This document shows positions 57,089 through 64,000 of a DNA stretch of 64,000 nucleotides, one piece after another. How positions within the stretch are numbered: position 1 is the first letter of the stretch; each line of letters begins with the position of its first letter. The notes beneath the pieces are model-generated. The model saw only the letters and a list, made by a program, of their open reading frames with translations. It ran no database searches and was not told the DNA's origin. Source of the stretch: an uncultured Bacteroidota bacterium (GTDB taxonomy: Bacteria; Bacteroidota; Rhodothermia; Rhodothermales; DATKEJ01); NCBI GenBank assembly GCA_963768715.1, contig CAVYJC010000008.1, positions 19,831-83,830 of the forward strand, in the 5' to 3' direction. Position numbers and translations under genes: made by a program.

Positions 57089-57748
57089 ATGGCCTACAAT
57101 CCGATCCCTCTTGACTTTAAGGAGTATCCCCCGGAGACGATGATCGACCGAGCTCGCGCGTTCCGAAGTGAGATGGAGCGGCGTCGATCGGTCCGGTTCT
57201 TTTCGGATCGCGATGTGCCGCGTGTTTTGATCGAGGAGGCCGTTCGAACGGCTTCGGCCGCACCGAGCGGCGCCAACCGGCAACCCTGGCGATTTGTCGC
57301 GGTCGGTGATCCGGAATGCAAACGAACGATCCGTGTTCGAGCCGAGCAGGAGGAGAAGGGGAGCTATGAAGGTCGGATGCCGCCGGACTGGCTCGAGGCA
57401 CTGAAGGATCTTGGTACGGACTGGCACAAGCCGTTCCTCGAGACGGTTCCATGGGTCGTGGTCTGCTTTGCGGAGTTATTCGGGGAGGGCGATTCGGGCA
57501 GACAAAAGAACTACTATGTCCAGGAGAGCTGCGGCATTGCTTGTGGACTATTCATCGCTGCCGTTCACAACATGGGCCTGGCGACGCTGACGCACACGCC
57601 GAGTCCAATGGGGTTCCTCAACGAGATCCTCGATCGGCCCAAAAATGAGCGGCCGTTCATGCTCTTTCCGGTCGGGTATCCGGCGGATGACGCGACCGTG
57701 CCTGACATACCGAAGAAGGAACTCCGCGAAGTGCTCATTCTGAAGTGA
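57089..57748 (+). CDS. nitroreductase-superfamily flavoprotein, iodotyrosine-deiodinase-like subgroup
   Basis: RRSVRFFSDRDVP..APSGANRQPWRFVAV is the FMN-binding N-terminus. The lid region EEEKGSYEGRM..LKDLGTDWHKPFLETVPW resembles the IYD E/Y/K lid. Confidence 0.7.
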   Translation: MAYNPIPLDFKEYPPETMIDRARAFRSEMERRRSVRFFSDRDVPRVLIEEAVRTASAAPSGANRQPWRFVAVGDPECKRTIRVRAEQEEKGSYEGRMPPDWLEALKDLGTDWHKPFLETVPWVVVCFAELFGEGDSGRQKNYYVQESCGIACGLFIAAVHNMGLATLTHTPSPMGFLNEILDRPKNERPFMLFPVGYPADDATVPDIPKKELREVLILK

Positions 57749-57939
57749 TGAACGCGTAATCATCCACATCAGACAGCAGCCATAAGGCTTTTCCGGCGTA
57801 GCGTGCCATTGCGCCCCCTATTTCTAAGTTTGCCGTTTGAAGTTTATTCAGCGTTATTTCTCGCCCGAAACCGGCGTGACTGTTAGTGGTTTCACGTGGT
57901 CGCCGTACCTTATCAAGTTACCGGCAAATCGACAGCTGC

Positions 57940-58392
57940 ATGAAGGTTACAGTTCGGCCACAACGCATTCGCACGATCGCCCTGCTATTGACGGGGGTGC
58001 TGCCGCTGGCTGCCCAGCCGGCTGCGCTCGCGGGCCAGCTTGCGACGTCGCGGTACGTAGATCGAATGGTCGGCGACCTGCCCGGCAAACTGTCGATCGA
58101 CGATCTCCTCCGGCTTCTTGATGAATCGTCGGATGCGGATGGGCGCGATGCTGACGCCCTGGGCCGCGACATGATATCCGTCCTTATTCAGTGCAGGCTT
58201 CTGTCGCTGTTTTCGGACACGGCGCTGCTCCAGGCGCCGGATCTGGACTCGAGGCCGGTCGCGATGGGGCCTTTGTCCATCGTCCATTCCGTATCCGTTC
58301 AGACTGTTGCAGTCGACCAGGCGGAGTATCCTGTCACGACGGAACGGCCGTCAAGGCGCAGGCTTAGTGACGAGCAGCCGCTCGGGCCGTAG
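57940..58392 (+). CDS. hypothetical secreted protein
   Basis: Start taken at ATG 57940 (signal-like MKVTVRPQRIRTIALLLTGVLPLAAQPAA). No recognisable domain. The coding call is tentative. Confidence 0.35.
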   Translation: MKVTVRPQRIRTIALLLTGVLPLAAQPAALAGQLATSRYVDRMVGDLPGKLSIDDLLRLLDESSDADGRDADALGRDMISVLIQCRLLSLFSDTALLQAPDLDSRPVAMGPLSIVHSVSVQTVAVDQAEYPVTTERPSRRRLSDEQPLGP

Positions 58393-58477
58393 CTATTCGA
58401 CGTTGCGTCTCTCAGGGCGACCGCACCTTCCGCGCGTCGCACGCCACCGATCCCCCAGTCACAAAGACTTAAGAATA

Positions 58478-60391
58478 ATGTTGCAAGGAAACGGACTTAA
58501 GGTCCTGACCGTCTCGTTCTTTCTGATTCTTTCGGGCTACTACCTGTACCCGACGATCAGCAACTACAGGATTCAGAAGAAGCTTGACTCCATGAGTCAA
58601 GAGGAAAAGGCCGCCTACAATCAGGAGAATTTCGGCCATATACAGTGGGTTCGCGAAAAGACTCTCAAATTGGGTCTCGACCTGCAGGGCGGCATGCTCG
58701 TCGTACTCGAAGTGCGGGTTGATCAGCTCGTTCGCGAGCTGGCGAACGACAAGGACGATGCATTTAGCGAAGTGATGACGGCGGCGCAGGCGAACGCCAC
58801 CGCTTCGACTGCGTCGTTTGTCGATGCGTTTGCCGAAGCCTTCACCAGTCGCGATCCGAATGCACGGCTTTCGCGCTATTTTCGTAACTCCGACAGAGGC
58901 ATTACCCGTCGTTCGACGAATTCCGAGGTGGTTGCCTACCTAAAAGAGGAGGCCAGCGGTGCCGTCGATCGAGCCGTCGAGATCATCCGTGATCGGGTTG
59001 ACCGCTTCGGTGTGACCGAACCGTCGATTCAAAAGCAGGGCACCAGGCGCATCATCGTCGAGCTTCCCGGTGTCGATGAGCCCGAACGGGTCCGAAAACT
59101 TCTTCGAGGTACCGCGCGACTCGAATTTCACCTGATGATCGACCCCCGTGAGATGGCGCCGTTCGTTCAGGCCGTGATCGACCACTACGAGGAATCAGCG
59201 GAGCCGGCCGATACGTCGGCACGCGTCCTCGACGGTCCGCCTCCGGCCGATTCGGCGGCAGCGGATACCGGGGCTTCCGATTCGACCTTCGACGTGGCCG
59301 AGCTCTTGGATCAGGAAAACGAGGACAAGGGCTCGACGAACAAGCTGCTCGACATTTTTAGACCTTACGGACAGGACGTCATCGTTGGTTCGGCCTTTGC
59401 CCAGGACACGGCGAAAGTGATGAAGATGCTGATGGCGCCTGAGGTGGCCAATCTTCTTCCGCGCGACGTCGAGATTCTGTGGACGGCAAATCCTGTCAAT
59501 ACAACCGAGGACGGCCACCAGGAGTTTTTTGCGCTGGGCGTGAGGAAGACGGTTGAGCTGACTGGAGACGTCATCACCGAGGCGACAGCCAACTTTGATC
59601 AGATCAGCAACCAACCGAAAGTCTCGATCACGATGAACTCGGACGGGGCCAGGACCTGGTCGAGGCTCACGGGCGCCAATGTTGGCAAGAAGATTGCCAT
59701 TGTGCTCGACAACGTGGTCTACTCGTATCCGAACGTGAATGAGAAGATCAGTGGCGGGCGTTCGGAGATATCCGGGCTCGATTCGTTTGAAGAGGCCAAA
59801 GACGTTGTAACCGTGCTCAAATCAGGGGCCTTGCCGGCGCCGGTCGACATTGAGGCCGAGGAGACGGTTGGGCCGAGTCTTGGCGCTGCCTCCATCCGCG
59901 CCGGTACGATTTCGCTGATTCTCGGATTGACGCTGGTAGTCGTCTTCATGATCATGTACTACCAGACTGCCGGTTTCGTAGCCGACCTGGCGTTGTTCCT
60001 CAACATCCTGTTTATCTTTGGAATCCTGGCCGGATTTCAGGCGACACTGACGCTCCCGGGTATTGCAGGTATCGTGTTGACCATCGGTATGGCTGTCGAT
60101 GCGAACGTACTCATCTTTGAACGAGTCCGTGAGGAACAAGCGACCGGGAAGACGCTCAAGGCGGCGATTTCCGGTGGGTATTCCAATGCCCTGAGCGCCA
60201 TCCTCGACGCCAATATTACCACGTTCCTCGTCGGAGCTATCCTCTACTCGTTCGGAAAGGGTCCCATTCAGGGATTCGCCGTGACCTTGATGGCGGGCAT
60301 CATCTCGTCACTGTTCACAGCGATCTTTGTCACGCGGATCGTCTTCGACTGGATGGTCGGCAAGCGACGAATGCACGTTTCCTACGGTTGA
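58478..60391 (+). CDS. secD: protein translocase subunit SecD
   Basis: ATG 58478. LGLDLQGG, a large periplasmic loop, and a C-terminal 6-TM core (GIAGIVLTIGMAVDANVLIFERVREE). Confidence 0.93.
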   Translation: MLQGNGLKVLTVSFFLILSGYYLYPTISNYRIQKKLDSMSQEEKAAYNQENFGHIQWVREKTLKLGLDLQGGMLVVLEVRVDQLVRELANDKDDAFSEVMTAAQANATASTASFVDAFAEAFTSRDPNARLSRYFRNSDRGITRRSTNSEVVAYLKEEASGAVDRAVEIIRDRVDRFGVTEPSIQKQGTRRIIVELPGVDEPERVRKLLRGTARLEFHLMIDPREMAPFVQAVIDHYEESAEPADTSARVLDGPPPADSAAADTGASDSTFDVAELLDQENEDKGSTNKLLDIFRPYGQDVIVGSAFAQDTAKVMKMLMAPEVANLLPRDVEILWTANPVNTTEDGHQEFFALGVRKTVELTGDVITEATANFDQISNQPKVSITMNSDGARTWSRLTGANVGKKIAIVLDNVVYSYPNVNEKISGGRSEISGLDSFEEAKDVVTVLKSGALPAPVDIEAEETVGPSLGAASIRAGTISLILGLTLVVVFMIMYYQTAGFVADLALFLNILFIFGILAGFQATLTLPGIAGIVLTIGMAVDANVLIFERVREEQATGKTLKAAISGGYSNALSAILDANITTFLVGAILYSFGKGPIQGFAVTLMAGIISSLFTAIFVTRIVFDWMVGKRRMHVSYG

Positions 60392-60449
60392 AAATCCGGC
60401 GACTGTTGCATGATGCGTTATCGCACATCGCCATACAGACATTACAGAC

Positions 60450-61364
60450 ATGCGCATATTTGAAAACGCCAACTACGGTTTCACCACGAACTGGACGAAG
60501 GCCTTCTTCTTCTCCGCCAGCCTCATCGTTATAAGTCTGGTCGGGCTCGTGACAAGAGGCATCACGCTGGGCATCGATTTCCTGGGTGGAAGCGAGTTCA
60601 TCATTCAGACCGCCACGCCGCTCGACGTGTCGGCAGTCAGGGGAGACTTGGAAGAATCGCTCGGGATGGCTCCCGAGGTGAAACTCTACGGATCTCCGAC
60701 CACGATTCTTGTACGTTCGGCCGTCGGCGGCGACATCAACGATATCGAATCGAAGGTCCTGCAGACAATCGCGTCCTCGTATCCTGATTCGAACCCGGAA
60801 ATCGAGAAGACAGATTCTGTTGGGCCTCGGTTTGCGGAGGACCTCAAGAGGGGGGCGTTCCTTTCGGTTCTGTTCGCCCTCGTGGTGATCTTCATCTACA
60901 TCATGGTTCGTTTCGAGTGGCGGTTCGGCGTGGGCGCCGTTGTCGCGCTCGCCCATGACGTCACGATTACGCTCGGGCTGTTCGCGCTGCTTCATGATCT
61001 TGTGCCGTTCTCACTGCAGATCGACCAGGCCATCATCGCTGCGTTTCTGACTATCGTCGGCTACTCGCTGAACGACACCGTGGTGGTATTCGACAGAATC
61101 AGGGAGTATGCCGCCGTGTTCAAGACCGAGGCGTATGAGGTCGTAGTAAACAAGTCGATCAACAGCACGCTGAGCCGAACTATCATCACCTCGGGCACGA
61201 CGCTCATCGTGATGGTAGTCCTCTTCGTGACTGGTGGAGAGGTCCTGCGCGGGTTTGCATTTGCTCTCATAGTTGGTATCTTGATCGGCACCTATTCATC
61301 CATTTTTGTGGCCGCTCCGGTTGTGCTTCAGTTGCGCTCAGCTGGTCGGAAGCAGTCTCGCTGA
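60450..61364 (+). CDS. secF: protein translocase subunit SecF
   Basis: LGIDFLGG.., and the TM core with AFLTIVGYSLNDTVVVFDRIRE. Confidence 0.93.
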   Translation: MRIFENANYGFTTNWTKAFFFSASLIVISLVGLVTRGITLGIDFLGGSEFIIQTATPLDVSAVRGDLEESLGMAPEVKLYGSPTTILVRSAVGGDINDIESKVLQTIASSYPDSNPEIEKTDSVGPRFAEDLKRGAFLSVLFALVVIFIYIMVRFEWRFGVGAVVALAHDVTITLGLFALLHDLVPFSLQIDQAIIAAFLTIVGYSLNDTVVVFDRIREYAAVFKTEAYEVVVNKSINSTLSRTIITSGTTLIVMVVLFVTGGEVLRGFAFALIVGILIGTYSSIFVAAPVVLQLRSAGRKQSR

Positions 61365-61391
61365 AAAGAGTCGTTCAAAGGAGTTACCTGA

Positions 61392-61751
61392 ATGAATTTC
61401 AAGGTTGAGGAACGGTACAACGCCGTTGTCATCGAGTTGAAGGGAAATGTGATGGGCGGGCCGGACGGAGCCAGCTTGCTGGATTCGCTTCGGGAGTTGA
61501 AGGATAACGGTAAGAACAACGTCGTTGTCGACCTTTCGAAGGTCAAGTTCATGAATTCGAGTGGACTGGGCATGCTGATCAGTGCCATGACGACTATGCG
61601 GAATGCCGGGGGCGACCTTCGGCTGGCCAACGTAGCAGATCGCATTCGCTCGCTGCTCATGATTACCAAATTGATTACCGTCTTCAAGCATTATGAGTCA
61701 GTCGGTCAGGCGGCTGAGAGCTTCGACGCCGACCCACCGGCGGGTGCCTGA
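61392..61751 (+). CDS. STAS-domain anti-sigma-factor antagonist
   Basis: 119 aa. VVDLSKVKFMNSSGLGMLISA is the SpoIIAA-type motif with the phosphorylatable Ser. Confidence 0.8.
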   Translation: MNFKVEERYNAVVIELKGNVMGGPDGASLLDSLRELKDNGKNNVVVDLSKVKFMNSSGLGMLISAMTTMRNAGGDLRLANVADRIRSLLMITKLITVFKHYESVGQAAESFDADPPAGA

Positions 61752-61783
61752 ATCGACGAAGTTATAGTTTCGTATCAGACTGA

Positions 61784-63121
<1,338 letters not shown>

Positions 63122-63184
63122 TCGGTTTGCCTCGGACCGCCGCCGCTAACCCGGCGTTTCTCATCATCCTCTCCCGAGGCGGAC

Positions 63185-64000
63185 ATGACCCCATACTCCT
63201 CAACGGTCAAGCTGAAGCTTGGTCTAATCGTTGCTGCCGTCATCATCGCGCTGGCCTCCCTATGGTATTCGAACCAGCTTGCGAACCGGATTCATGACAG
63301 GGAGCTCGACTACGTGCGACTGTGGACAAGCGCACTCGAATACCAGTATGAATCGCAGGCAACCTCGATCAACCCGTACCAGGAATTATTCGTTCAGCTC
63401 GAGCAAGCCGTTCGCGACGGCAAGCTGGCAGATTCCGGCCTCGAACGCCAGCAGCTCATCCAGGCCTTGCGATGGGCGCGCTCCATGCCCCCGCCTGGTG
63501 AAACAATATTCGTCTCGAACGAAATTGTCATCCCGAACCGATTCGAGGTGCCGACCATTGTCACCGATACGACAGGCGACCAAATCGTCTCCTTCCGGAA
63601 TACGAGACTGGATACCGTCGTCACAGCGGCGGATTCTGCCGAGATTCGCTCTATTGCAGCCGATCTCGACAAGGAGTATCGACCGCTTCGAATTAATCTC
63701 GCCATCGGCCCGTATCGCCTCGCCCAGGTCGTCCACTATGGCGAATCGAGCCTCGTAAAACAACTCCGCTACTTCCCGACGGTACAGCTATTCTTCTTCG
63801 CCCTCTTTGTGTTCGTGGGCTACATGGGATTCTCCCACGTGCGCCGCAACGAACAGAGTAATCTGTGGGTCGGCATGGCGAAGGAGGCGGCCCATCAGTT
63901 GGGGACACCCATTTCGAGCATGCTGGGATGGATCGAAATGCTTCGCCTGAAGGGGGGTGAAACCAGCCAGCGCGTTGCCACGGAGCTCGAGCGCGACGTG
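63185..64000 (+). CDS. sensor histidine kinase, 3' end outside window
   Basis: The frame stays open from ATG 63185 to the window end. N-terminal TM helix, a periplasmic-type domain, a second TM helix, then the H-box EAAHQLGTPISSMLGWIEML. Confidence 0.75.
   Translation, partial: MTPYSSTVKLKLGLIVAAVIIALASLWYSNQLANRIHDRELDYVRLWTSALEYQYESQATSINPYQELFVQLEQAVRDGKLADSGLERQQLIQALRWARSMPPPGETIFVSNEIVIPNRFEVPTIVTDTTGDQIVSFRNTRLDTVVTAADSAEIRSIAADLDKEYRPLRINLAIGPYRLAQVVHYGESSLVKQLRYFPTVQLFFFALFVFVGYMGFSHVRRNEQSNLWVGMAKEAAHQLGTPISSMLGWIEMLRLKGGETSQRVATELERDV

Overview
The window is high-GC chromosomal DNA, mostly housekeeping genes, from an FCB-group bacterium. The lineage call (Rhodothermota/Bacteroidota-like) rests on a T9SS C-terminal sorting domain, the rpsF-rpsR-rplI arrangement, a Bacteroidetes-type LptD and a menFDBACE operon. 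I call about 55 protein genes. They include eno, ftsB-like, lptD, plsC, gatC, wecB, the menaquinone operon, lptC/ostA-like/lptB, aroF, glmS, prfA, rpsF-rpsR-rplI, dsbD, polB, pdhABC, pckA, secDF and purA. I found no rRNA, tRNA, CRISPR array, transposase or integrase.

The most unusual signal is non-coding. It is a family of heptanucleotide tandem arrays: GGTCCGT/GGTCCGA, GGTCGAA, GGTCCGG (read on the minus strand), GGTACGT/GGTACTT and CCATCCT. Four of these arrays start 0-4 nt after a TAG stop codon and read 5'-GTCCG-3' in the direction of the gene they follow. Several lie next to a conserved hairpin module that recurs at three loci.

Other points worth a second look:
- a full-length bacterial homolog of eukaryotic GTDC1/QTMAN (DUF3524 plus GT1 glycosyltransferase);
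- a lower-GC MBOAT two-gene island;
- a T9SS cargo protein with 12 thrombospondin type-3 repeats, followed 1 nt later by an orphan ABC ATPase;
- a family-B DNA polymerase.

At least seven genes are readable only by switching frame: ftsB-like, ROK kinase, lptD, menD, a membrane protein, polB and a cation-transporter-like gene. Several of the switches lie at or next to short homopolymer runs. Assembly indel error is therefore at least as likely as real pseudogenisation.
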